Below, piece after piece: positions 39,499 through 52,924 of a stretch of 64,000 bases of DNA. The notes under the pieces are model-generated. The model saw only the letters and a list, made by a program, of their open reading frames with translations. It was not told where the DNA came from and searched no databases. This stretch comes from Dendrobates tinctorius (taxonomy: Eukaryota), in the NCBI RefSeq assembly GCF_039654945.1, contig NW_027361856.1, forward strand, positions 3,162,001 to 3,226,000. The letters are read 5' to 3'. Position numbers and translations under genes: made by a program. Position 1 is the stretch's first letter. Every line of letters starts with the position of its first letter.

Positions 39499-40447
39499 AC
39501 AAATCAAAACTGAGGTATCATGTAGTTGTACATTAAATTCGAGACACAGGGCTTAGTAGTTACGTTTCAAAACTGAGGCCAGTTCTGCAACGTTACACAT
39601 CAAAACTAATGCTCAGAGCTTAGCTGCTACACTTCAGGACTGAGGTCAAACCTTTGAAATGACAGATTAAACTGAAGCACAGAGTTTAATAGATTAGGCA
39701 TCAGCATTGATGCACAGAGATGGGAAGATATAACTTCCAAATAATGTGTGCAATGAAGAGATGAAGTGATTGTGAAGAACTTTGGTAACAGTTGCAGAGA
39801 AATACTGAGACTGGTGAGACCCACAAAACCATGTTTTTTTCCCCCTGGAGTGTCCCATGTAATAAAAGACAACAAACATAATTAGCCAAATACTTTTTTC
39901 TTTTAATGGTCAGTTACAGCGAATGGGGCGTGCACAGCACGTAAGTATCAAAATCACCGATAAGGCACAATTGGCCATAAGAACAGGTACGAATCGATAT
40001 GCCCAGCTGGACTCCCAGCCCAAGTCTGACTTCGTACATACAAAAATCTTATGGTGCAACAATTTGACCACCAAGGAGGAACAAAGTATTTATACTGCGC
40101 TCCGACCCCCATCCATTTGGTACAAGGCCTGTTCAATACTGTCCTGTAGACCAGGGAGAAAAATATCCAATCCTATTTCTGTGATATGAACACCATCAGG
40201 CAAAATCAGACTAGAATTGCCTCCCTCCAGCTGATGATGCTTGATAACCACTCTGGCTTTAAAGTGTTTAAAGCAGGACATGCGCGCGTCTAGCGTGTGC
40301 CTCGAGCACTCTACAGCCACCACATCTCTCACACTTTGCCATGCAACATGGGAAATAACCTCCAACCAGACTAAAGTTAGTTCTGGGAAGAAGCCATGAA
40401 ATTTATCAACATCCGAATGCATCATAGTGAGTAGTTTGGCTAGGTGG

Positions 40448-41280
40448 TGGGTATGTCACCACAGAACCGAGACAGATCAAAAGTTAAAGGGTTTTGTTTT
40501 CAGGGATATGATACTCCTCGCAGGGAGAGCGCAGTCGGGGTTAAACTGGTTTTAAACCAGTATATCAAATACTCAAAAAGAATAACAGTTAGAAACGGGT
40601 GTTCTTGGAACTTATCAGTCTGCTGAGTACTTGCTTGTAGGGTCGTCTTCTCCCGCGTCGGTGCCGTCAGCAGCGGCACTTGTCGTCTCTCTAGTCGCTG
40701 TAGGCTCTGCAGTCTCTAAGGACCCACAACAGGGGTCTCGGGGGTTAATAAAGAAAGCAGGGGGAACACAAGGCATTCCGGGTCCCCCTGCTATGAGTCT
40801 ATGCTTCAAAACTAGCAGTCTCTCCGCAGGTATGGTGCTCTGTGTCTCTATAAGTCTCTCAACAGGAGTCAGGGGCTCTGCACCAACAACACAGGTACCA
40901 GGGCTACCCACGGGGGTCATTGTCTCTGCATGGGGTCAAAGCACACCTCTCCAGTCACTACAGGCTCTGGTCTCATGTACTCACAAGATGCAGTCTCTCT
41001 GCACAGTCACCCTGGATTTGTCCTCTGAACGGGAGTTCTCTCTTCTCCCCTGTGTGCAGCTGCAACCTGCCCTGTCCCCTGTACACGCTGTTCTGAGCTT
41101 CATGCGCTCTCAGGCTGCCCTCCTTCCTGTTCCTATCTCCTCCCAGCAGTCACATGACCCAGCACGTCCAGGGCAGAAAGTCTTCCCCCTAGTAAGCCTG
41201 CTGTCTGGCCAAGTGGTTCCAGATCAGGAGCAGAGAAGGTAACCCCCCTTCTGAGTTCTCTTGTGCTTCACCCCCTTACA
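40448..41280. mobile_element. Probable solo LTR inside the Ngaro hydrolase ORF
   Basis: TG...TTACA flanked by GTGG direct repeats; Ngaro coding sequence resumes on both sides. Confidence 0.6.
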
Positions 41281-41703
41281 GTGGAAAGATCATTTCTGGC
41301 CGCATGGACAACCAAAATTATGGGAGATGAAGCGGCGCAAGCTTTGCGAACAACTTCGGGGGAACCTGAGACCAGGTCAATCCCCTGGTTCATCTCCAAA
41401 AGACATCAATGCCGTGGAAATCAAGGCCTCTTCCACCTGGCCGACACTCTGCCCTTTGTGATTGCCATAAAATGTATGAATGCCCAAGAATCCACACAAC
41501 GGGTTTCGCACCTCCTCAAAAACAAACACTGAAGTTAATGGAGAATAAATCCAGTTTGATATACCTTGAAAAACAAGAGGAACGCCCTCTACCAATACAC
41601 TGAATTTCAGGGTCAGACAAACCAACTGGGCCGCCTCTGTCACCACTCCAATACTGAAAGAGTGGGTACCAAACTCACTATGGGGAGGCCCAGGTGAAGT
41701 AAG

Positions 41704-42880
41704 TGGAGCGCCCACCAGGGCAGTGGGGAATACTCGATATTGGGCCGCTTCTTAAAGGGTCAGTGTCACAGCGGCGGTGACCCGGTCCGTGGCCCTGGGC
41801 GTCCAATAAACGGGGTATATTTACAAGGGATGAAAAATAAAGAGTTTTGTATTAAGTGTCTGTGACGCCACCTGTTGTATCTGACCAGAAGCGACCAGCG
41901 CTGCAGTGCAGATCCTCTGGGACCGATGGTGTGATGCAGCAGAGTTCGAATAGCTCTCCACAGGCAGAGCTGAGTCCAAGGGCAGATGAGAGATTTTGAG
42001 AGATGGTGAAGTAATGAGAAGCAAGAGATGTAGCAGTGCTGAGTAGGTGACACAGGAAGAAGACAGAAGACACAGATGAATGCAATTCCAAAGCTTTACT
42101 CACAGTTCTCAAGAGCCGGCGATGCCCACTTGGTACTACGTCCTCCAGGTGAGGGATCCAGCCAACTTCCAGGCACATAGAGAACACCTTTCCAGAACTC
42201 CCTGTCAGTATATGTCTTCCCTGGCTATCTCACTGTGCTGATTTCCATTCCTCTTCCTTCCCAGCACCTCACAGTCATTGTCCCCGGCCAGCAGCTGCGG
42301 ATCCTGTCGGATAACGTGCCCAAATCGTTTCCTTGATCCTTTCTGGCTGCCTTTCCAGAAAAGATAACTGTGGTAGTTGGCTGTGGCCCCTAAAGTTGCC
42401 ACAGCTGTCAGCTTGCTAGCTGAGCCCTGTTGTACACTCCACAAGGCTAAGGGGCCGAGACCCTTCTGCGACGTCCGTCAGTGTGGAACGAGCCCCACGG
42501 GGTGCACTCTCCACTCGTGCCTCTGGGAATCCCTTTCCCACTCCAAGGAGCTTCCTTCAGTCTTTCAGTCTGTACCAGAACTTCTTCCAGCAGCCCCTAC
42601 TGACAGAGAGCTGCTTCACACATCCTCTTACTTCCATCCCAAAGGGGAGACAGTCCTCACTTCCCTCTATTCTCCTGCTCTGAACCCAAGCTCCACCCAC
42701 CTTCTAACACTCTTTCCTAGCCAGCAGGGATAAAGGAGCACCTGCTGCTTTAGTCTGTGGTGGATGCAGTGTTGTGTAAGAGCCTGGTTAGGTGTCTCCA
42801 TCTTACCTGCAAGGTGGGATACCACACCTCTGGTTGAGGTGCAATACCTCTGTGGCGACTGGACCCTCAGGGGTGCCACA
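41704..42880. mobile_element. Solo LTR inside the Ngaro recombinase ORF
   Basis: TGGAGCGCCC...GGGTGCCACA; TSD TAAG. Confidence 0.85.
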
Positions 42881-44971
42881 TAAGGATTTACAAAAGAGAG
42901 ATTGAAACTGAAATACCATCAGGGGGAACCATCCTCATGGGAGAAAAAGCATCACCAGAACGGCAAACTGCTAAATGATTGTGAACTAAATTTAAAGGAC
43001 ACATAGGACCAGAAAATGCAAAAAGAGACACCCAGGAGCCCAGACCTGATAGGTCAGTCTTGGATTTACGAATACGAATACGAAGATCCCCATCGCAGTC
43101 GGAGATGCCATCATGACGAATACACCCAAAGTATGCTTTGACGCAGGAATTAACTCACTGATACGTAAAGCACTGGAAAATGCATTACCAAAAGTGGCAG
43201 ATAAAAAAGCAGAGACAAAATTAGAGGAACAGATGACGGAGGTGACGTTACCCAAACAGGTAAGCAAATTGAAAGAAGTCGGCCATCTGTTCTCCTGATG
43301 AATCTACCCTCTCTTCTGACCTATGGTAGCCTGACAAATGACACAAAAGTTGGTAACATCCATCCAACCAAAAAGGCGGAAATAAAAAACCAAACCAGAT
43401 ATGATGTTCTGAGCAACAGGCCCAGATGCCCCCATGGATTGAAGATGAAGTAGGTAATCAATACTGACTTCCAAATGAATGTCCTGGGAGGAAAAAAATC
43501 GGTCTGTCCCCAACTAAATCATACCATTCCCTCCACGCCTTACCGTAAGAATGCCATGTAGAGGATCTCACCAGGTCTATTAAATGTCCTCCACCACTTG
43601 CCACAAGAGGGACGGGCATGGGTGCCCCTCCAGATTGACTGTGAGCAGACAGTCCTCAAATTTCTGCCAATCAAAGTGAGAAAGAGAGTCAGCGATTACA
43701 TTGTTAGTACCTGGGATATGTTGAGTTCTGAACCAGATGTTAAAATTCAAACATTGTAAAATCAAAAACCTAAGCAGTTTGATGACATGGGGGAATACGA
43801 TGCCAGGTGATTTATGCAGTGTACCATGCTCATATTATCTGCCCAAAAACAAATTTGCCTATCCCCAGATGGCAATAGCCATGACAATGGGGAAGAACTC
43901 TTAACAAAGTGAGATTTTTTACCCAGCCTGAGGAGATCCAGGACTCCAGCCAACGTTCTGTACACCAATGATTCCCAAAATAACACCAAAACCTGAGGAC
44001 CCTGCTGGATGAGAAAAAGAGAGAGATCCTCATTAGTGACTTCCGGGGACTGAAAACATGTGTGACCTTTGTAGGACAAGAGAAACTCTTTCCAGACCAG
44101 CAAATCAGCTTGCAAACGTGGTTTTATATGAATTTTGTGATGGGGAAGCTTGATACCTCTGATTGACAGAGACAGCCATATAAAAAAAGGTTTCCCATGG
44201 GCATTACACGACATGCAAATGTGAGAAGCCTCAACAATGACTGCATCTGTCGTAGAGTAACTTTTCAGACAGAGCAAAAACCTTCAATCAATGGCAGCAG
44301 TTTTGAATTTTTTTCAGATGGAAGATGAAAAACCATTGCCGTGGAATCGATCTCAATCTCTAAAAAAGATAGTATGGTGGAACAACCAAAAGTTTTTTCT
44401 TCGGATACAGGAACATCGAAGCGTGACATAAAACTACTGAAAGTGTCCAACAAAATCTGGCAGGAACCGGAGTCCTTTGGATCTACAAACAAAAAATCAT
44501 TGAGATAATGGGTAATCGCTTGGGAACAGTCTCATATTTGAGTACCCACTCTAGGAAAGTACCAAATTATTTGAAATAAAAGCAAGAAATAGAGCAACCC
44601 ATAGACAAGCATGTGTCGTAATAGTAAGAACCGTCTACAAAAGTAACCCAGCAGGTGATGACAATCCAGATGAGTTGGCAAAAGACTGAAAGAAGACTCA
44701 ATATCTGATTCCGACATTAAAGCCCCTGGGCCAGCATCCTTGATCAACATGACAGCCCGATCAAAGGAAACGTATGTGACCGGCGCATTGCTTTCTGTAA
44801 TATCGACGTTTACCGACAATCCTTTCGGGTAAAAAGGGGGTTGAACGAGCTGAAACTTGCCAGGCTCTTTTTTAGGAACAACTTCTAACGGCGAAATGTG
44901 CAAATTGTAAAATGATGGGGTGGAGAATGGACATTTATTTTGCCTAGGGAGACCTCTTTCTGAACCTTATC

Positions 44972-46270
44972 TGTAAGAATTAAGGTTTATTTAGAGGGGA
45001 ATACTCCTCATGGGGAGGTGAAGGGTTAAACCGTATAAAGGGCAAAGTGAAGTACAACAGTTGAAATAACGATAATTCGGTAACAAGCATATCAAGAAGT
45101 CCCAACACTGCAGCTCCTGCTACATACTCAATAGCGCCAGCAACGGCGGGTGCGGTATCTTTTCTAGTGGGGTCCGGCAAATGACAATACCCTGTCTTCC
45201 GGTGACAGTGGTCGGTCTCCGGTATCTTCCACTGTCCCTAGTCCATATACTGTAGTGGCTAAACAACGGTGAGGGCCAAAGTCCTGTATGAGTCCAACGT
45301 GGCTCCTTAACTATCTTAGCTGGTGAAGTCAGGTCACAAAGGTCAGGGCAACTAACAGCTGGCAATGTCAGGGTGCAATTGTCAGTCTCGTATGCGGTCC
45401 CTCTTAGGCAGCGTGTGTGCGGTACTCACAGTAAAGTAGTATACGGTACCTGATTCTATGGCAGACACCGGACCCACACTGCACGTCCCGCTCTCCATGG
45501 TCTCCGTTGTTGACGGTGGGCGACGGTGGACATTCGAATGCGTGCCGCTGGTACTCTCGGGACAGAGCACTCCTCTCTTTGGCTGCTACAAAACTCGGCT
45601 CGGCTCTGCTTTGTTGGCTCTGCACGGCTCTGCTCTGCTGGCACAGCTCTGCTGGCTCGGCTCTGCTACATGGGCATGACTCTGCTTTGCATGGCTCTCT
45701 CTGCTGGCATGGCTCTGCACCACTGGCACAGCTCTGCTCTGCTGGATCGGCGCTCTCTGCTGGCACGGCTCTGCTCCACTGGCACGGCTCTGCACGACTC
45801 TCTCTGCTGGCACGGCTCCACTCCACTGGCACGGCTTTCCTCTGCATGGCTCACTCTGCTGGCACGGCTCTGCTCCACTGGCACAGCTCTGCTCTGCACG
45901 ACTCTCTCTGCAGGCGACCGGGGCTCCTTCTATATGGCCCGTCGCCACATCGGTACCTTCTGGTGGGAGAAGCAGGGCGTGCCGCTCACCGCTCTGCATG
46001 CTGCTCTCTGTGCTGCCCTCTGCACTGTTCTCTGCCAGTGCCAGACTCCACTGCTTCGTGCGCTTTCTCTTTTTATGCCTCCGATGCTGCATACCCTTTT
46101 CAGGTTCTCCCGCCCTCCTGGGACAGCAGGAAGCTCGGTCTCACTAGGGCTTCCCCCAGGCTGCAGGAGAAGGTCCAGCTCTCTCAAGCTTCCCCCCGGA
46201 AAAAGTGGATGCAGCCCTTTTAGTTCCAGACCTGGCACGCAGGTACTATGATCTCGTCGACCTCCTTACA
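44972..46270. mobile_element. LTR-like insertion in the Ngaro RT, with internal ctctgctggcacgg repeats
   Basis: TGTAAG...CTTACA termini; no matching TSD. Confidence 0.55.
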
Positions 46271-47154
46271 AAAAAACCCTAACTGAAACCGAAGCACAAC
46301 TGAGCTCCCACTTCCTTATTGGGGTAGATGTCGAGCTAAGGCCCCATCGTGGTTATGCTCACTGGGGTCCTTAGGATCTGAATGGTTGTTGGATTTTGTG
46401 GGCAATTTCAAGGAGGGACGAGGGCATTTGATTGACACATGGAGGCCTCCAGAAGTCAAACACTCATGTTTGTATTTGCATAATCCGAAAAAATGACAGT
46501 GCCCTTCATTGAACAACCAACAGGAGCCGGGTCTGTGGATGGCCACTGACCCTGCTCCAGAAGTATGGGCAGATGCTACCATGTGAAAGGGGGGTGAAAC
46601 TTTTGGGGCCAACATAAGTCGAATCCATGTATTCGTCGCTCTTTCTCCCCAATGCAGATAAGGTTGTAGGGCTAAACTCCTCCTGAATTCTTCAACGTAG
46701 CGCTACCGCGTGGGCCTTTTATGAATTATAAATGGTGTCCATATATATGAACATCTCAGAGCAGTGCTCTGGGTGTTTCTGGCTCATGACACAGCCCATA
46801 ATGAACATCACCTGTAACCAATTATTAATCATTTTTGCGACTATTGGTTTACGTTCAAATGGGCTTTCCGCGGGGCACCGTTCTTTATTGATTGCGTGTC
46901 AGGGGACACAAGGGTCCAAATAGCAACATAATCATTAGCCCAAATCTAATCGTCTAATTGAGTCCCAAGGGGGCATATGCCGCAGAAAAACGCATCTTTA
47001 TGTACGCTGGACCGAGCAGGGGAATCTATTCTAGGAGTTTTGTCTAACGCACGGGGGTTAACTAGGATCTTTGGACCCGGTGGGAAATTGATTCAATATC
47101 GCTTTTAAGGCTGGAAGCAAACCTGAACCCTCCCCCCTAGCCCCTGCATACTGG

Positions 47155-47430
47155 TACTCACCGATTGAATTTAAGAAAGGAATGGATGCTTTTCTTGTGA
47201 GTAACAGTATAGAAGGTTACGTATAACATAATATAGATAGATAGTAGATGTTTGACCCAGCTTAGGGAAAGGAATTTTTTTCCCTATGGAGAAAATTGGC
47301 ATCTACTCTGTGGGTTTTTTGCCTTCCCTAGGATCAACAATGCAGAACAGCTGCACTAAAAATAGGCTGAACTAGATGGACATAAGGTCTTCCTTCAGCC
47401 TTCAAAACTATGTTACTGTGTTACTATGTT
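47155..47430 (+). mobile_element. Short CR1 3' end
   Basis: FKKGMDAFL-coding end, CR1-type 3' UTR and ACTATGTT tail resembling 22706-22990. Confidence 0.8.
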
Positions 47431-47908
47431 GCTGAAATGACTGAATGGGAGGAGCCTGAGCAACCTGAGCAGGAATAGCCACGTCCTGAGAATGATCAGG
47501 AACCATAGAGATTCCAGGGGAGCGACGAACTATGATGCAAATTCCCTCTCGATCCGTCAGACAAGGAAGGTGATCGCCAGCAAGATGATCTGGATCAGCG
47601 ACTATGTCTAGAAGATTTTTAGCGGTATGACAAATGCCTGCTTCGCCTGCTATGAGAGCGTGCAGAGCGACGGCGCCGATCAGGACTTTAAGATGAGGAT
47701 GGAGATGAGGACCCTTCAGTGCGGTTACTGCGCCCATGAAGGCGCGGAAACAAGGCTGGGGGTCCAGCACCCTCCATAACATGGGCCATAGGTGATGCCG
47801 ACAAAATATGGAGAGCTCAGCAGTTACACATCAGGGGTGAGGTGCATAGCTCAGCAGTTACACATCAAGGGTGAGGTACAGAGCTCAGCAGTTACACATC
47901 AGGGGTGA

Positions 47909-48298
<390 letters not shown>

Positions 48299-48775
48299 TG
48301 AGAAAAGTGATCTGTGAAAAAAGTAGAGAAAACTTCACATCCCAAATTCCTTGTATAAGAACTTCCAAACTTTATTCCATTTTGCTAGACAGACAGCTGT
48401 GGGTTGATATTAATAGCCTAGGAAGGGGTCATGGATATTGGCCTCCTCCCAGACTAAAAACATCATCTCTCAGCTACTCCAGAAAAGGCGCATCAATAAG
48501 ATGCTCCAAATCTGGCACTTAGCTTCACACTTCCCACTTGCTCTGTTGCGTTGGCAAGTGGGTTGACAGTATTGGAGATCTTGTCAGACTTGTATTGGCA
48601 GCTGATACGAAGCCCAGGTTAGTAATGGTTAGACGTCTATAAGACACCCCCACTACTAACCCCATAGTGATATTGTATACAAAAATACACTTCCAGAGCA
48701 GAGTCCTTTATTTGAAAAAAGTGACACAGACTCTTTTATTAACCCCTTTAACCCAAAGCGTGGTTTGCATGTTAA

Positions 48776-49291
48776 AGGGGTTGTCCACTACTTTAAATAC
48801 CCCCCAATGTATACCCCCGGGGCCCCTAATGAATTTTGTAAATACCTCATGTTGCCTATCACTGGCCGCTCACAGGCAGCACGTGACCCCCGGCTGCAGC
48901 CGGCTCTTGCTTCCGCTGACGTACCGTCAAGTGCTGGCAGCAGCCGGAGGTCCCTCTTCCTCCTTCTGCGCGTTCTACCAGGCTGTAGGTGGGGTTATCC
49001 CCCCATGTCACACCCAGCATCCACCGTGTGCCCATTCATTGAGAAAGCGCACGGTGGATGCTGGGTGTGATGTGGGGGTAACCCCGCCCACAACCCAGCA
49101 GCCACCGCGGGGACCCAGCACTGAGTCACGCCTCACTTGTCGTGACATCAGTGCTGGGTCACGTGCTGCCTGTGAGTGGCCATAGATACTGCCTGTGAGC
49201 GGCACTATAGGCGATATAAGGTATTTACAAACTTCATTAGGGGCCCCGGGGGATACATTGGGGGGTTAATTTAAAGTAGTGGATAACCCCT
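48776..49291. mobile_element. Kolobok/T2-type palindromic MITE nested in a TTAA of the piggyBac-type element
   Basis: TTAA-AGGGGTTGTCCACTAC...GTAGTGGATAACCCCT-TTAA; almost fully palindromic. Confidence 0.88.
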
Positions 49292-50759
49292 TTAATGATC
49301 AGGCCAATTTACAATTCTGACCACTGTCCCTTTATGAATTAATAACTCTGGAATGCTTCCATGGATCCCGGTGATTCTGAAAATGTTTTCTTACTACATA
49401 TTGTACTTCATGATAGTGGTAAAATTTCTTTGATATGACTTGTGTTTATTTGTGAAAAAAATGGAAATTTGGAGAAAATGTTGAAAATTTTGCAATTTTC
49501 CAACTTTGAATTTTCGTGCCCTTAAATCACAGAGATATGTCACAAAAAATACTTAATAATTAACATTTCCCACATGGTTAATTTACATCAGCACAATTTT
49601 GGAACCAAAATTTTTTTTCGTTAGAAAGATATAAGGGTTAAAATTTAAACAGCGATTTCTCATTTTTACAACACCATTTTTATTTTGGGACTACATCACA
49701 TTTGAAGTCACTTTGAGGAGTCTATATGATAGAAAACACCCAAAAGTGACACCAGTCTAAAAACTGAACCCCTGAATGCACTTAAAACCACATTAAAAAA
49801 GTTTATTAACCCTTTAGGTGCTTCACAGGAATTTTTGGAATGTTTTAGAAAAAATGAACATTTAACTTTTTTCACAAAAAATTTAATTCAGATCCAATTT
49901 TTTTTATTTTACCAAGGGTAACAGGAGAAATTGGACCCCAAAAGTTGTTATACAATTTGTTCTGAGTATGCTGATACCCCATATATGCAGGTAAACCACT
50001 GTTTGGGGGCATGGCAGAGCTCGGAAGGGAAGGAGCGCCTTTTCAATGCAAAATTGGCTGAAATTGAGATTGGACACCATGTCGCATTTAGAGAGCCCCC
50101 CGATGTGCCTAAACAGTGGAAACCCCCCACAAGTGACACCATTTTGGAAACTAGACCCCCTAAGGAACTTGTATAGATGTGTGGTGAGCACTTTGAACCC
50201 CTAGGTTTTTCACTAAAGTTTATAACGCCTGGGTGTGAAAATAAAAAATCATATTTTTTCCACAAACATGATTTTTAGTCCCCAATATTTTATTTTCCCA
50301 AGGGTAATAGGGGAAATTGGATGCCAAAAGTTTTTGCCCAATTTGTCCTGAGTACGCCAATACCCTATATGTGGGAGATAACCACTGTTTGGGCACACGG
50401 AAGAGCTCGGAAGGGAAGGAGCACCGTATGACTTTTTTAAACCAAAATTGGCTGGAATTGAGATCAGATGCAATGTCGCATTTGGAGAGCCCCTGATGTG
50501 CCTAAACAGTGGACACCCCCCACAATTGACCCACTGTTGGAAACTAGACCCCCTAAGGAACTTATCTAAATGTGTGGTGACCACTTTGAACCCCAAAGTG
50601 ATTCACAGAAGTTTATAACGTTGAGCCGTAAAAATAAAAAATCATATTTTTTTCACAAAAATGATCTTTTCGCCCCCAAGGAGCACATTTGACTTTTTCA
50701 ATGCAGAATTGGCTGGAATTGAGATCAGACGCCATGTGCCTAAACATTGCATACCCCCC

Positions 50760-50965
50760 AATTCTAACTCCAACCCTAACTCCAACACACCCCTAACCCT
50801 AATCCCAACCCTAACCACAAACCTAATCCTAACACACCCCTAACCAACTCTAGTCCCAACCCTAACGCTAACTTTAGTCCCAACCCTAACCCTAACTTTA
50901 GCCCCAATCCTAACCCTAATTTTAGCCCCAACCCTAACCCTAACTTTAGCCCAATCTAACCCTAA
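50760..50965. repeat. Degenerate telomere-like (CCCTAA)n tract inside a TE
   Basis: ccctaaccctaa / cccaaccctaa variants. Confidence 0.8.
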
Positions 50966-52924
50966 TGGGAAAATGGAAATAAATACATTTTTTTATTTTT
51001 CCCTAACTAATGGGGTGATAAAGGGGTTTTGATTTATTATTTTTTTATTTTGATCACTGTGATAGGGCCTATCACAGTGACCAAAGTAAACCAATCGGAA
51101 AAAATCTATTGTTGCTGGGTGCCGGCTGGCAGATCTCGGCGGGCGCCCGCCATTTTATCCCAGCGACCCAGGGGACTTCAGGGGGGCTTGCAGGGACAAC
51201 GGAGGTACTGGGGGGGGTGATCGGAGGACCCTATTTCTCTCTCCCCTGATGTGCAATCACATCAGAGGAGAGAGAAATTAAATGGAAAATCAGACTTTTT
51301 TTTTGTGGTCACTGTTATACCATTAACAATGGCGATCGCAACAACGGGGTTGGTAAAAACCAACTTGAATCATGTTCTCTGGGGTCTCGGCTATGCCTGG
51401 CAACCGAGACCCTGGAGAAATTCCGACGCTGGGGGGCGCTATAACCTTAAACCTCAGCGCCATTAAAAAGCAGCGCTGTGGTTTAAGTACCCTTAATTGC
51501 CACTGCTAAAAGGCATATCGACGGTCATAAAGAGGTTAAAATGTAACTCTCATCATTCTCCCCTGCTCGCGCCAATCGCCGGCAGAGCAGAGGAGAATGA
51601 CGAGAGCCGTGTTCAGCACCTGGCGCTGGGGAACAGTGCTTACTGCAACGCTTCTTCACTGGTGCCGTACATGATGCGGCACACACATGCCACATGTGTG
51701 CCACAAGCATTACACACACGGACACTGACATCTCCGATACCAGAAATATATATCAGGACATGTGAAAGAGGCATTACAGCGGGTTTTTATGTTTGGCAGC
51801 TGTCAGATGCTAAAAGATGCTTTTTATTGCAAAAAATAGTTTTTGCATCACCATATTTTGAGAGCTATAATTTTTCCATATTTTGGCCCACAGAGTCATG
51901 TGAGGTCTTGTTTCTTGTGGGACGAGCTGACATTTTTATTGGTATAATTTTCAGGCACATGACATTTTTTGATCGCTTTCTATTCCAATTTTTGGGAGAC
52001 AAAATGAGCAAAAACCAACAATTGATGAATTTCTTATATTTTGGGGGGGGCGTTTACACCGTTCCACGTGTGGTAAAATTGATAAGGCAGTTTTATTCTT
52101 CGCATCAGTTCGATTACAGCGATACCTCATTTATATATTTTTTTAATGTTTTGGCGCTTTTGTATAATAAAAACTATTTTATAGAAAAAATAATTGTTTT
52201 TGCATCAATTTACTCTGACAGCTATAGCTTTTATATTTTTTCGCTGATGATGCTGAATGACGGATCGTTTTTTTGCGGGACAAGATGTTATCAGCGGTAC
52301 CATGTTTATTTATATCCGTATTTTTTACCGGGTGTTATTCCACTTTTTGTTTGGTGGTATGATGTGTGAGGTAGCGCTGTCATGTAAGTAGGGGGTTCTC
52401 GCTTGCAGCGATCAAAAAAACACATCCGGCACCGGATTTTCAACAAATCATAGTCCAAGAGGTTTATTCATCCTTCATAAACCTCCAGCAGTAATATGCA
52501 ACAGTCTTATAGCAGACAGCAGGGTATCTTCACACTGGAGCTTTGCTCCCCTATAGCCCTCTAGTCACACAGGCTGTGCTTCATCTAGCCAGCAGGCTAT
52601 ACAGTCTCTCAGTTGTAGTCCTGTCTCCGGGTTACCTTGCATGCTGCTTTACACTGCTAACGTTCCTTCCCTCTCCCTGGGAACGGTCAGGCACACATCG
52701 CCATTAGTCACAGCGTCCACACGTGCTGTTAGTGAGGAGATCCTTCTCCTCACGGGACCTTCCAAACTGGACCAATCAGGTCCCAGCATTCACCCCCATG
52801 TGACCAGACCTCAGGTACCTTTTATGGTCTATAACCACACCCACAAGTGATCACATGACTATGACCTCACCCAAGGTCCTATTGCACACAGGCTTCCCTG
52901 ACACATTGTAACGGAACGTACTAC

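Larger units (their letters stand above)
39890..47790 (-). mobile_element. Ngaro/DIRS-type tyrosine-recombinase retrotransposon, degenerate, with nested insertions
   Basis: Gag Cys/His finger CWLFNEGHC..CKYKHEC; RT HISPLEVVPKKEPGKF..SDIESSF; RNase H HIPGTNNVIADSLS; recombinase ALRISEL and THSFSIG; SGNH-like VVHAARND and PDGVHITEIGLDIF; boundaries approximate. Confidence 0.82.
48743..51535. mobile_element. piggyBac-type non-autonomous element related to 26151-30571
   Basis: TTAA-CCCCTT start; shared left arm and repeat unit; ends AAAGAGG-TTAA. Confidence 0.72.

Noticed and set aside
45404-46251. Overlapping ORFs of 150-240 aa
   Set aside because: Derived from short ctctgctggcacgg repeats.
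51497-52369. 290-aa Phe-rich ORF
   Set aside because: T-rich non-coding TE sequence; the homologous region at 29200-29780 lacks a matching long ORF.
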